Positions 1 through 12,144 of a stretch of 20,359 nucleotides of DNA are shown in pieces. The stretch covers positions 207,192,371-207,212,729 of the forward strand of contig JANKJI020000002.1 in assembly GCA_024626585.2 (NCBI GenBank), given 5' to 3'. The stretch's first letter is position 1; the number at the start of each line of letters is the position of its first letter. Source of the stretch: Ginkgo biloba. Lineage: Eukaryota > Plantae > Ginkgophyta. The translations under genes were made by a program, and so were the position numbers. Under the pieces are notes generated by a model. It ran no database searches. It saw nothing but the letters and a program-made list of their open reading frames with translations, and was not told where the DNA came from.

Positions 1-60
1 AGGAGTTTAGCCAATGTAGATACCTGTAGCAAAAAGGTGAGAAGTAGCTAAGAAGGACCT

Positions 61-914
61 TTCCAACTCATTGAAGGATTTTTATATAAAATCAAACCAA
101 ATCATATATTACAACAGTGTATCATGCTTGTAGAAGTAAAGTGCTTAACAAAAAACCTATGCAAGATCAATAGGAGGCCTTATTGAACTAGATTTGTTAG
201 CATGAAATAATTTGTTAGTCAGACTATGGTGGTCCAAAGTGTTCATAGATGTATAGGAATATGTGAATCAATGCAATGCTTGTCAGCAAACCAATGACCA
301 CTTGAAGATTTTGTCCCTCCAACGACATTACCACAAAAAGCTTTTGAACAATGGAGACTAGACTTTGTTGATCCCTGCAAGCATCCGTCAAGGAAGGGAC
401 GTTGTAGATACATTGTGTTCTTATTAGAGTATTTGAGGAAATGGGTGGAGGCAAGAGTCTTGCCCAAGATCTCAATTAGAAGCACATTGCAATTCTTGTA
501 CAAGGATGTAATTACAAGATTCAAATGCCCAATCAGATTAAAAAATGATTGTAGGGGGCATTATATCAACCATGCTATTGAGCATCTAGCAACAAAGTTT
601 ATCATTGCACATAATAATTCTAGTTGCTAGCTTGCAAGAGCCNNNNNNNNNNNNNNNNNNNNNNNNNNATAACAACATTTTGATCAATACACAACAAAAC
701 ATGTCAAGTGAATACTAGGGATTTGGCGTAGTGAGTTTTTCAAATTGCATATAAGGTCACTATTGACCATAGTCCATTTTAGCTCATGTTTGGTGTTGAG
801 TTAGTGTTTCCCTTTGAAATTTGTGGTGCCAAGTCTAAGAGTTGCAGCGGCAAATGGGCTCAAAGGCCATCTAAGTGTGGAAGATTGTTTGGGGTAGTGG
901 AAAGCATTGGATGA
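61..914 (+). mobile_element. Degenerate Ty3/Gypsy LTR-retrotransposon pol fragment (integrase zinc-finger region and RVE core), with stops and frameshifts
   Basis: Manual translation gives collinear integrase motifs in shifting frames: FQLIEGFLYKIKPNHILQQCI (~61), LWWSKVFIDV*EYVNQCNACQ (CxxC of the HHCC finger, ~225-290), PQKAFEQWRLDFVDP (first catalytic D, cf. PFEKWGLDFVGP), RYIVFLLEYLRKWVEARVLP (cf. YILVATDYVTKWVEA), FLYKDVITRFKCPIRLKNDCRGHYINHAIEHLATKFIIAH (second D, cf. FGCP..LVSDQGTHF). After the gap: FQIAYKVTIDHSPF*LMFGVELVFPFE/FVVPSLRVA (cf. YRTAYKVTTGHTPFQLVYG). Consensus comparisons are from memory. Confidence 0.9.
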
Positions 915-2664
915 NNNNNNNNNNNNNNNNNNNNNNNNNNNNNNNNNNNNNNNNNNNNNNNNNNNNNNNNNNNNNNNNNNNNNNNNNNNNNNNNNNNNNN
1001 NNNNCGACGAGGCTCGTGGGTCTTAATATTTTATGGTAATGACATAGTTAATAGAAGGAAACTTAAAACTCTGATGTGTTGGACTAATGAATTGAGAGGT
1101 AGATACAAGGAGCCCTTCATTTGATTGCTATTGATTTCTATGATACAACACATACAAGATTATATATTTATAGAGAAATTACAACCTTCATGGCTTTCGA
1201 CGACTTAAGCTTGACATGGCTTTTGACGTTACTTGACACAACTTTTTANNNNNNNNNNNNNNNNNNNNNNNNNNNNNNNNNNNNNNNNNNNNNNNNNNNN
1301 NNNNNNNNNNNNNNNNNNNNNNNNNNNNNNNNNNNNNNNNNNNNNNCTAATAACAACTTCAACACCCAACATTTCCCTAAATTTGGCCCGGTATGGGTCC
1401 TGCTTTCCACTTTGGGTCTTATAGCTAATTAATTACCCATTCATAAGGCTTCATTTCTTTTACATTCAACATTCACATGTTTACTCATTTATCATATCTA
1501 CATAGTCAACATTTTTTGTGCTACTTGAATTAGGTCCCCAACTTGGTCTTATACCTATCAATAACAATGGTTTTCTTTTGTTTTGTTGGTGTTTGTCCCT
1601 ATAATTCAACATACCACCATGTAATAAAATCATCCAAATCACATCATCAATAATGCATATGTCATAAATTTTTCCAATATCTCATGTCCATGAAATTGAT
1701 TTGATAATTGTATATGGGCTAACTACCATCCATTGAGACACCCAGGTAATCATCCACGGTGCTCGCCAATTCTATAAACAACCACGGTGCTCATTGGTTC
1801 TATAGGAAAATAGCTTAAATATATGTCATATCACCAAACCAATAACCTATCAATGAGAATGCATTCAATTTGCAATATTGAAAAACTATAATCTCGTGGG
1901 TCGTCCCCACTTTGTGGCACCTTGGTTACTTCTTTTTGCTCGTCCTATAGCTCAATTGAAAGGACATGTGGCTACTTACCAAGCCACCACACAAACATAC
2001 ATGCAGACTAATTTCTGTAGCAACACAAACCTTTGTGGGCAACTTTGTCATTTGCAGGCAACACAACTCCTAACATGAGCAAAGAGCAAAACTGAATCCA
2101 TTAAACATTCTTCAAATCATGGTTTGCAACAAACACTCAACCTTGTCAAACACTCAAGGTTTTCACTGTCAATTAACCATCAATCTTCTCTAGTGGTAAC
2201 AACTTAGGGTTTTTCCACNNNNNNNNNNNNNNNNNNNNNNNNNNNNNNNNNNNNNNNNNNNNNNNNNNNNNNNNNNNNNNNNNNNNNNNNNNNNNNNNNN
2301 NNNNNNNNNNNNNNNNNNAGATATCTAATAGGATGACAAAGTTGCCTACCATTGCCAAAGGACATAATAACCTTTGAGGGTAGATATCTAGAGAGGTCAA
2401 ATTGTATACAAACCCACTTATGGGGTTGGGGGTTATACATTCTATGGGGATCATAGCATATAAACTTGCTAATAGGGGTGACTATCTCACTAATAATTTC
2501 TCAGAACAAAAGAGGGAGTCCAAGAAACTCAACCCAAATAGGGAATGCATAAGATACTACGTTTTCAATAGAGAAATCAATTACCCAGAAGTTTAAAACC
2601 ACCATATTGTTCTTACATTCCAAGGCCCATGAAGGAGCACCTGATTTGTATATTTAGTAGAGTC

Positions 2665-2682
2665 AAAAAAAAAAAAAAAAAA
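2665..2682. repeat. A18 homopolymer
   Basis: Run of 18 A read directly from the sequence. Confidence 0.95.
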
Positions 2683-4886
2683 TTATTTGGTGACATATTA
2701 GATAGATATTACCTTCCATTTGTAGGTCTCCCAAGCCTCTCTAATCCATTGTAAAACCAACTCAAGTGGATTTCTTCCCATAGTTGCACATGGATTTGGC
2801 AATAATGTCTTTGATTTCATTCAAACATTCAAACGGCTGTAGCGATCTTGGTTCAATTTTTCCTTGGGCAAGGTAAGCAACGACCCCAACAAAAGTTCTC
2901 TGTCTTAGACTCTCAAGCAACGTTTCCTCCTTGTGCAGTCGGCGTTGAGTCTTCGATTCTTCAATGACAGAGAACGACGATAACAAACGACGGTGTTCTT
3001 ATGTAAATCCCTACGCTTGGCATTTTTTTCCTTAACGTTGGCTACCCTGCACACCTGCATTCTTGTTTTGTTGTGTTTGTACCTTGCTCAGAACTGGCAC
3101 AACCTTGAGAAAACCACGAAGTGGATTATTGGAATTTGAAAATTGTAACGTTGAAATTCAAAACTCAGAAAAGCAAGTCGTGGGATAATCCATAGGCCTT
3201 CACTGGATCTGTCAGGGCTCTATGCAAAGAAATTAGAGGCTATAAGTATATGGGTTTGTTGAGAATTGAAAAGAAAAATTTGAGAATGACAAAGTCAATG
3301 AGAGTCCACAGATTTTGTGGCTCTTATAGCAATTGATATAAACAAGTTGAGAAGGAAGAACTTCTTCTACAACGAAAGAAAGGAAGAAGAAGAAACTTGT
3401 TCAAGAAAGAAAAGCGATTTGCTAATGAATTCTCAAATTCAAACTTGATTATTATGAATGAAGGAATGGTCTTATAAAATAAGGCTTGTACATAATTGTT
3501 TTGATAGTNNNNNNNNNNNNNNNNNNNNNNNNNNNNNNNNNNNNNNNNNNNNNNNNNNNNNNNNNNNNNNNNNNNNNNNNNNNNNNNNNNNNNNNNNNNN
3601 NNNNNNNNNNNNNNNNNNNNNNNNNNNNNNNNNNNNNNNNNNNNNNNNNAATCTACCAAAGCAAGTTGCATACAGGTTGAGCCTTTAGGATAATGAGGAG
3701 ATGAGTGGGGATGGTTGAACAATCGTGTCTCTTACCCGATTGCCACTCTTGCCCAACCACGATCTTCTCTCTTCTCTTTGCCATAATGCTATACCAAACT
3801 TCTAATTTGGGAATGAATTGTCAGACTAACAATATCCAAAACAATAGATGGAATAATGAATTTCATGAAAGTCCACTTGGTTGTATTCTTTGATAATTAT
3901 TTAAAGAAAAAACAAGTACCCTTTGTCTCATGATTTTTTTTCAATCTCTACAAACTTAATGCTTGTGTGAATGAGATTTACTTTGATTACTTCATTACCA
4001 TCTTTCGTTCTTGTTGGCGTTTCACATGAAGTCATTTTCCAAGCCAAAATTGTTGTGTGAAGAAAAGGTGTCACAATTGCTACCCATTTTCTCATGTGGA
4101 GAGGTTTTAGGCCACATTGCGCTTTTGTCGCTTACTTGAGCAGTAAGATGATCTTTGCATGTCTTTAGTTAAGGCCGAATATTTTGCTTGAAGATACCTA
4201 TTTCAACAGATGAAACAAAGATTATTGATGGCATTTTCCTTTGCCTTTAACGTATTATGGGGTTGTAATGAGTCCCTTATTGTCTTTGAGCAAACTTGCG
4301 CTGGGATGCGCCTTGGGTTTGGTTCTTCTATTGTTTATTTAAAAGATTCTTGAACCCTTTTTTTTGAAGTCCTAGATTGTGCTCCTTTGCTTGCTTTGGA
4401 ATTCTAGAAAGCAAAACTTCTAGTCTGTAGCTACATTCATGGACATTTTTTGTTTGCTTCAACCCTTCTAATTGTTTTAAAGCTTTGTTTTTGTCATTTG
4501 CTAGAGCTTCTCTTGATCATCAATTTGATGATTTGTTCCCATGTCTTTATGGTTCTCTTCTTCCTCTTCTAATTTGCCCTTTCAATACATTTTTCCCATA
4601 TACTACCTCAACCTTTTTGTCTTAAATGCAAAAGGGTTGATTTCATTAGATGCAAAGAATACATATAATATTGTACAACAAAAGTAGGTTGGAGATGGAA
4701 TGCACTGACAAAAGCTACTTGCCTAGGTGAAAAAGAAACATTTTGGATATTGACAAAAAAGAAAGAATGTTTGCAGGATATTTGTTCCTAACCAATATTG
4801 CAAATTGTTGAAAAGATTCATCTAACTACAACAAACAACGACGTGACATCCATAGAGGGCACGACACGAATGGAAGATGAAATCGA

Positions 4887-4920
4887 GTCAAAACCACCTT
4901 AGGTAGGTCAAAACCACCTT
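4887..4920. repeat. 14-bp exact direct repeat (GTCAAAACCACCTT x2, period 20)
   Basis: Copies at 4887-4900 and 4907-4920, separated by AGGTAG. Confidence 0.85.
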
Positions 4921-5518
4921 GAAGAGGCAAAATTGCCTTCAGTTAGGNNNNNNNNNNNNNNNNNNNNNNNNNNNNNNNNNNNNNNNNNNNNNNNNNNNNN
5001 NNNNNNNNNNNNNNNNNNNNNNNNNNNNNNNNNNNNNNNNNNNNNNNATGAGCAATTAATGTTATTTCATTATGAATGCATGTCCATTGATGAGTTATTA
5101 ATGCATGTGTACTAACCCCCATTGGTGGAGTGTGGGACGCATGAGGTACCCAAAATATCCAAACAAAGAACAAAACTCCAAGGGCACAGTCCCAAGGGCC
5201 CAAGAAGAGATGAGTTACAAATGCAAGCATAGAGATGCGGAAAGACACAAATAATCAAGTCACTAGGGCCATCTATTGAGCATTGTGGGGAGGAGGAGAA
5301 GATGGATCTGTTTTATCAATTTCCCCAACCTGAGGTCCACCTGTTGTAGTTCGTCATCTGATTTAGAGACATACCCACAACTATCTCTTCATGGGGACTG
5401 CAACTTCATGTTTATTGTAATTTCACAAAATGTACCCTTTTGCCTTCCTCATCCATGAATGGAAATCTGGTGTGGTACCCTTGCTCTCATCAAACTCTCG
5501 TATGTTTAATTGGCAAAA

Positions 5519-7110
5519 CTGACTATTATTTTGCAATTGTTTCCATTGTTTTTTTTTTCCGTTCGCCTGTTGCTGCTATTACAGAATCATGTGAGCCTTT
5601 GTTATATTTTTTTAAGGGCAAAAGTCGCATCTGCGGTAAGCTCTTCGATTTTTTCATTCTATGAAATTCAATTATGATTTCAATATGTTAATTATTATTC
5701 AGGGGTTCTGAAGTAACGTACTTGATGATGCTAAAGCCGAGAAGCAAACTGCATAGTAATTTTCAATTCTACTTTTACTAGGTTTTCTGAATTGGTCTGA
5801 ATTACAAGCTTAATGGCATGCCAATCTTTATATGTTGCACACAAGATTCTGTGCAGAGAAATCTGATTACAGAAGATACAGGAATTGTACAAAACAACTT
5901 ATGAATAGGAAAATACATCCTAGTATATGATAAGTGAATCCACAGATGGAAAAGATAGACCAGATAATATATGAATGTAGGCCAATAGATTATGAAAATC
6001 CATAGAAAAATGAATGTAATTCAACTAGAAAATAAATGTTATATAGCATCTACATTATCCAACATCTCTACAATTTCCTCACCTTCCTTTGTTAGTTTCT
6101 TTGCACAATTTCTTGTTATCTTAATGGTCCAATACAAACCTTAGGGGGAAGTTATACACAATTGTTATCTTAGTTTATAGGTGTTGTTTTTTAGTCATTC
6201 TTCTAATTTTGGGAGGATCAATTCAATTGACAATTGAAAGAGCACATGCATCCAATGCTCAACTAATTCCCTTCTATTTGGCAACAATGATATTTGGTTT
6301 GCTAGAGACATAATGTGGGCAAAATTAGACCCTTCCTACCCCAATGCAAAAGGAAAGTAGAATATCAAATTGATTATAATTTTTATAAATGTAAATCTTA
6401 TCCAATGATATTCCTTTTATAAAGTTTACCTATTTTTTTACGTTAATGGCTTCTTGAATTTGGTTGTATTGTCAATTGTCTCAACTTGGACATTCTTCAA
6501 TAGAGTAGGTGATTTGGAAATAAGAAAGGGAAACTAATGCTTATTGGATAATATATATAAAGTCTTATATACTTCTACATTAATTTTTGTATCTAGACAC
6601 TACAAAACACAACCCTCTTTAATGACAATTATGATGACATTTTTTTTGGGGGGGGGTGGGGGTGTGCATTTTATTTCTTACACATTAACAAATGCACCAT
6701 GGTCAATCATTATGTGTATGTTCGATTGTCAGGGCAACTATTGGGAGCCACACCTATTTGTCGTTTAAGCTTGAAGCTTAGGAAAAAAGTTTAGTTTGTC
6801 ATAGTTTATTGACAAATATCATTTGTTATTTGATGACAAATATTTGTCTCATTCATTGATCAACGGGAAATATGAGCATCAACACCTCCTATCATCATTG
6901 GTATGTGCCGATAGGCATTTCCCATTTTATTTTTGTACCCATCAATCTCCACCTCAAATGGTCATAAATAGTTATGAAAATNNNNNNNNNNNNNNNNNNN
7001 NNNNNNNNNNNNNNNNNNNNNNNNNNNNNNNNNNNNNNNNNNNNNNNNNNNNNNNNNNNNNNNNNNNNNNNNNNNNNNNNNCTGACTATTATTTTGCAAT
7101 TGTTTCCATT
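5519..7110 (+). repeat. Dispersed 29-bp exact direct repeat (copies at 5519-5547 and 7082-7110)
   Basis: CTGACTATTATTTTGCAATTGTTTCCATT occurs twice. The second copy starts at the first base after a 100-N gap. Confidence 0.9.
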
Positions 7111-7687
7111 CTTCTTTATCTTTGTTGTTAACATTGTTTGCGATTTGCTCTCAATGCTTTCTTGTTCCTTTTCAATTATGGATTTCTTTGTGGTGCTGTA
7201 TTCTTCACTCAAGTCCTCTTCCTTTACTGAGAGAAAATAATGTTGTATTTCTGTGGGTTCTTCCTATAGTCTTTTACTCTACTATGCCAAAAGAAAAGTC
7301 TTCCTTGGGTTTTTAATCTCTTACAATCTGGTCTACATCCTTTATTCTACATTTTGTGGAGGTGCCATCTTTGCAGAAACTTGAACCGAAAGTCATCTTT
7401 TATACCATGGTGACAGCTTCCACTTCTGATATTTGCAGAACCTGCATCATATCTCAACCAAATCAATGCAACAAAGTATATTCTCTATCATGTGTTAGTC
7501 GAAATACGATGCGCCAGCAGAGGGTTTATGAAGCATATGTATCTTTCAAGGGTCAAGGTGTGGGACTTACGAGTTGGATGTTCCCCCAACACCAAGCTAG
7601 GAACATTTCATCAATATGATGCCTCCCTCAATTGTTGTCTATGGGATGCTTCCACACGAGTGTAAGTATCATCACTTTTAATTGGGG

Positions 7688-7866
7688 CCATGTCATTATC
7701 CATCACGAAACCCCTATTTCCCCTGCCCATGACATTATCCATCATAAGATCCCATTATGCCATCATACCTCGTAATGATGGGAGTCCCTAGACCATGGCG
7801 TTATACATCATAAGGGTCCCACCACAACATTATACAACATGATGATGGGAACCCTGCCCCTGCCCA
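7688..7866. repeat. Degenerate tandem repeat, ~66-bp unit, ~2.5 copies
   Basis: CCATGTCATTATCCATCAC (7688), CCATGACATTATCCATCATAAGATCCCA...ATGATGGGAGTCCCT (7727) and CCATGGCGTTATACATCATAAGGGTCCCA...ATGATGGGAACCCT (7793). Confidence 0.75.
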
Positions 7867-10800
7867 ACTTCATTACTTCATAACCATTCCTTTTTCCTCA
7901 TATCCAAAGGTCAACTGGGGGTCTTGTGTGCAATATACATCAAATTGGATCTTAAACTAAGGCATCAACCATGAAATACAATTAACTAATCAATCTATTG
8001 TAAATTTTGAATGATATGCATATCTTAATGTAAATTTATGGTTATTCAATATGGTAAAAACAGAAATGACAACACAAATGTTGAAAAGCAATCCAGTAGC
8101 CTTGTTGCTCACATCATACAAGTCTATCTGGCATAAGGAGATGAACAAGTATGAAAATAACCTTTCTAAGACCCTAAGTTACCAGATTTAAGATTACCCA
8201 ACTAGTTTTGGTTGATTTCTGTCCTATTTTTTGGTTGTTTCTAGCTTTCTAAAGTTCAACAGACCTCGAAAATGCTCATGGAAAGTAGGCCAAAGCTGAC
8301 TGAGTTAGGTAAAACCCTGCTATCAATCAAAAAATTTAGGTTGAAGTGAAAGGGTAGATGCCAAATTGTAAGCTTGATACNNNNNNNNNNNNNNNNNNNN
8401 NNNNNNNNNNNNNNNNNNNNNNNNNNNNNNNNNNNNNNNNNNNNNNNNNNNNNNNNNNNNNNNNNNNNNNNNNNNNNNNNNNNNNNNNNNNNNNNNNNNN
8501 NNNNNNNNNNNNNNNNNNNNNNNNNNNNNNNNNNNNNNNNNNNNNNNNNNNNNNNNNNNNNNNNNNNNNNNNNNNNNNNNNNNNNNNNNNNNNNNNNNNN
8601 NNNNNNNNNNNNNNNNNNNNNNNNNNNNNNNNNNNNNNNNNNNNNNNNNNNNNNNNNNNNNNNNNNNNNNNNNNNNNNNNNNNNNNNNNNNNNNNNNNNN
8701 NNNNNNNNNNNNNNNNNNNNNNNNNNNNNNNNNNNNNNNNNNNNNNNNNNNNNNNNNNNNNNNNNNNNNNNNNNNNNNNNNNNNNNNNNNNNNNNNNNNN
8801 NNNNNNNNNNNNNNNNNNNNNNNNNNNNNNNNNNNNNNNNNNNNNNNNNNNNNNNNNNNNNNNNNNNNNNNNNNNNNNNNNNNNNNNNNNNNNNNNNNNN
8901 NNNNNNNNNNNNNNNNNNNNNNNNNNNNNNNNNNNNNNNNNNNNNNNNNNNNNNNNNNNNNNNNNNNNNNNNNNNNNNNNNNNNNNNNNNNNNNNNNNNN
9001 NNNNNNNNNNNNNNNNNNNNNNNNNNNNNNNNNNNNNNNNNNNNNNNNNNNNNNNNNNNNNNNNNNNNNNNNNNNNNNNNNNNNNNNNNNNNNNNNNNNN
9101 NNNNNNNNNNNNNNNNNNNNNNNNNNNNNNNNNNNNNNNNNNNNNNNNNNNNNNNNNNNNNNNNNNNNNNNNNNNNNNNNNNNNNNNNNNNNNNNNNNNN
9201 NNNNNNNNNNNNNNNNNNNNNNNNNNNNNNNNAACCTTGGAAAAATGATGCAGGCTTTTTGACACTCTAAAAACAAATTTTTGTGTGAAGATACAACTCT
9301 ACTTGGCACTTGAAGACAAGTTGTTGGACTTAAACTTGAAAGAAGAGAACATTTTAATTGTAGGAGAAATTGGGAGTATTTCCCAAGATTTTTATCTAGG
9401 TAAGTTGGTAATTGGTAACTATTTTGGTAAACCCTAGCTCTATACTAAATTTTTCTAATCTAAATTGATGAAATTCTCTCCAATTTTCTCATTAATTTCT
9501 AGATAGAATTATATTTCTGATATCTACATGCTCATATGACAAAGTAAAACCCTAATTCAGGGATTTAGATGTAGGGAGTATGTGGATTTCTCACTTGTGA
9601 TACATGACGAAGGTGGTCTTCAACATTTGGGTATTGATAGCTTGGAAGTAACTTGGTCTAGGAAAAAATAGTTGAATTACAATGTGCGATGGTAAATTGG
9701 GGACCGATGTCTCCTTATCTAGGCAAATAAGCACCCTGTAGCCCTGTTGGCATGTCTAAGAAGGCAGAGTGTGGCTTTGGGGATCTAGTTTACTGTTTTG
9801 GTTGTCCTGCTTGATCTCTGGTTGGCATTCAGCTAGCTTTTGGGGTCCAATTTGAGTTTTGATTCTGCTAGCTTCCCTGAACATGCCTTGACCTTTGTAA
9901 GGTCATAATTTGCTTCCCTGGCGCTGAACTTAATAATGCAGCCAGTTGTTTTCAAGGGCACAAGTAGCTCTATGCAATGGTTGCATGTTTTGAAGGAAAG
10001 GAAGTTGTTTGCTACTCCAAAAGGGTCGCACAAGCTAAAGGTTAAAAAAAAATTTGCTTGGAGATGGTATTGTCTTGTCTTTTTCTTTTTCTAACTGATG
10101 CTCTCTCAGCTTGTTGCATTTTGGGCTATAACATCTCTTTATGCCTTCAAACTGCCCTCGGTGATCTTTGTTAGCCAGTTTCAAGTGGCATCTTTATTTG
10201 TCCTTAAAGCTGTAGTTGCCCTGGCCACTTGTATACCCTATCACAACTTTGATGCACCACACTTATCGATTCTTTTGTTGTTAGTACTTGGCCATAGTTC
10301 TCTACAATTTCAAATGTAGGCTTGCTTTTGCCATGGTCTCTTTTAGATTTCTAGCTAAATATAAAACAATTGAAGACATCAAGCACTTTATATAGAGGTT
10401 GGCAAAACCTCATCTTGTTACTGATCACATTTAGCCATAAATCATTCATTGGTCATCTTTTATTTCTATAACACACTCAATTGCATAGGATTGTATGTAT
10501 AACCTTAATTTTTATTGACTTTGACTTAATTTTAATTCAATGAGTGCTTGTGAAGCTTTGTAGTCATTTTTGTCAAATTGTATTTTGCTTGTAGTTTTTT
10601 ATTCTTATTCTTGTCATTTGTGTTGGTTTGTGTGGATTCCAAGGGAAGTATGTCTAAGGAGTTCACAATCATTTGACTAGATTGCACGCTATGGCAATCA
10701 AACGGTCTTAGCTCAATTATACAACCACGATGTGTTTGACTTGTAACTTAGCGCACCCAGGGTGATGGACAACAAGGGTGATGGGTGGCTAGGGTGGTAG

Positions 10801-12104
10801 GCAATAAGGACCATAACATTAATGAGGGCCCTGGTCATTGCCTTTCTAGGTGGAGTAAACTATCCAGGCGACAGATAGCCAATAATTGCAAGGTCATCTA
10901 CACATATAGATTACTCCAACCTTCTCAGANNNNNNNNNNNNNNNNNNNNNNNNNNNNNNNNNNNNNNNNNNNNNNNNNNNNNNNNNNNNNNNNNNNNNNN
11001 NNNNNNNNNNNNNNNNNNNNNNNNNNNNNNNNNNNNNNNNNNNNNNNNNNNNNNNNNNNNNNNNNNNNNNNNNNNNNNNNNNNNNNNNNNNNNNNNNNNN
11101 NNNNNNNNNNNNNNNNNNNNNNNNNNNNNNNNNNNNNNNNNNNNNNNNNNNNNNNNNNNNNNNNNNNNNNNNNNNNNNNNNNNNNNNNNNNNNNNNNNNN
11201 NNNNNNNNNNNNNNNNNNNNNNNNNNNNNNNNNNNNNNNNNNNNNNNNNNNNNNNNNNNNNNNNNNNNNNNNNNNNNNNNNNNNNNNNNNNNNNNNNNNN
11301 NNNNNNNNNNNNNNNNNNNNNNNNNNNNNNNNNNNNNNNNNNNNNNNNNNNNNNNNNNNNNNNNNNNNNNNNNNNNNNNNNNNNNNNNNNNNNNNNNNNN
11401 NNNNNNATTTGCATTTCTAAGAGACTTCCACCACACGTGTACCTCTAGATGCACCAAATCTCTATTTCACCAAAAGCAATATTGATGAGGCTATCAAAAA
11501 TGAAATCTATTGAAATGATCATACTGTTAAATATAAATTTCCCCTCCCAGATAAGTTTAGACAGGACATTTGTCATCCTCTGGTGTTCCACAACATTTAC
11601 AAAAAACAAGAAAGAAAAGCATTTATGAATTCACCATGGCCATTTGGATTATGAATTCATCAGTAGAGAAAACCTGTCTATACAATGTGTCCGTCTAATA
11701 TGAGTCTGGTGAACTAATATTCATAGCAGATTCTGTATAGTTAAGAGGCAGACTCTGGACAAGACTGTATTGTACATTTTTTGATAATATGTTTTTCAAT
11801 TATGTGATTTTACTAAAATGGTCAGCAGTGTATGGAGCTCTTTCACCATTTGGTTTTGAACTGTTTCAGATTTAAGATTTTGTTGAAATGTTTAGTGATC
11901 TATGTTAAATTGTTTTTGGATTTTTGTCGTGTGACATTCAGTAACATACATTCAACAATGCCTTTAAGTATCCGCTATGACAGATGCTATCTTATTTTGA
12001 TTTATTGATACAGCAAATTTGGGACTTTGCTTTAGCTGTAAATCTAACTCAAACAGAGGGTTGAATTCTTGGCATTGTAACTTTAAGTTCTTCAAAATGT
12101 TGTT

Positions 12105-12144
12105 CTGTCCCCTGTTTCTTAAACTGAATGTCTTGTTGTAACAG
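12105..12144 (+). other. 3' splice site preceding the large PAT1 exon
   Basis: U-rich tract, a CTGAA branch-like motif and TTGTTGTAACAG|ATATGCCT (AG at 12143-12144). The exon would start in phase 1 (xAT codon), in frame with the PAT1 ORF. Confidence 0.7.

Noticed and set aside
2402-2596. GIIAYKLA resembling the Gypsy integrase C-terminal GPY/F region (VAYKL.LP)
   Set aside because: Only a five-residue resemblance. The flanking GPY/F and HPVFHVS motifs are not recognisable.
7688-7866. Repeats as a CRISPR-like array (also 18264-18424)
   Set aside because: Only 2-3 degenerate copies, no regular unique spacers, no cas genes, and a eukaryotic context.
11833-11853. TGGAGCTCTTTCACCATTTGG resembling a miR159/319 target site
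   Set aside because: Needs gaps and has poor pairing at the seed end. It also lies in presumed intron.
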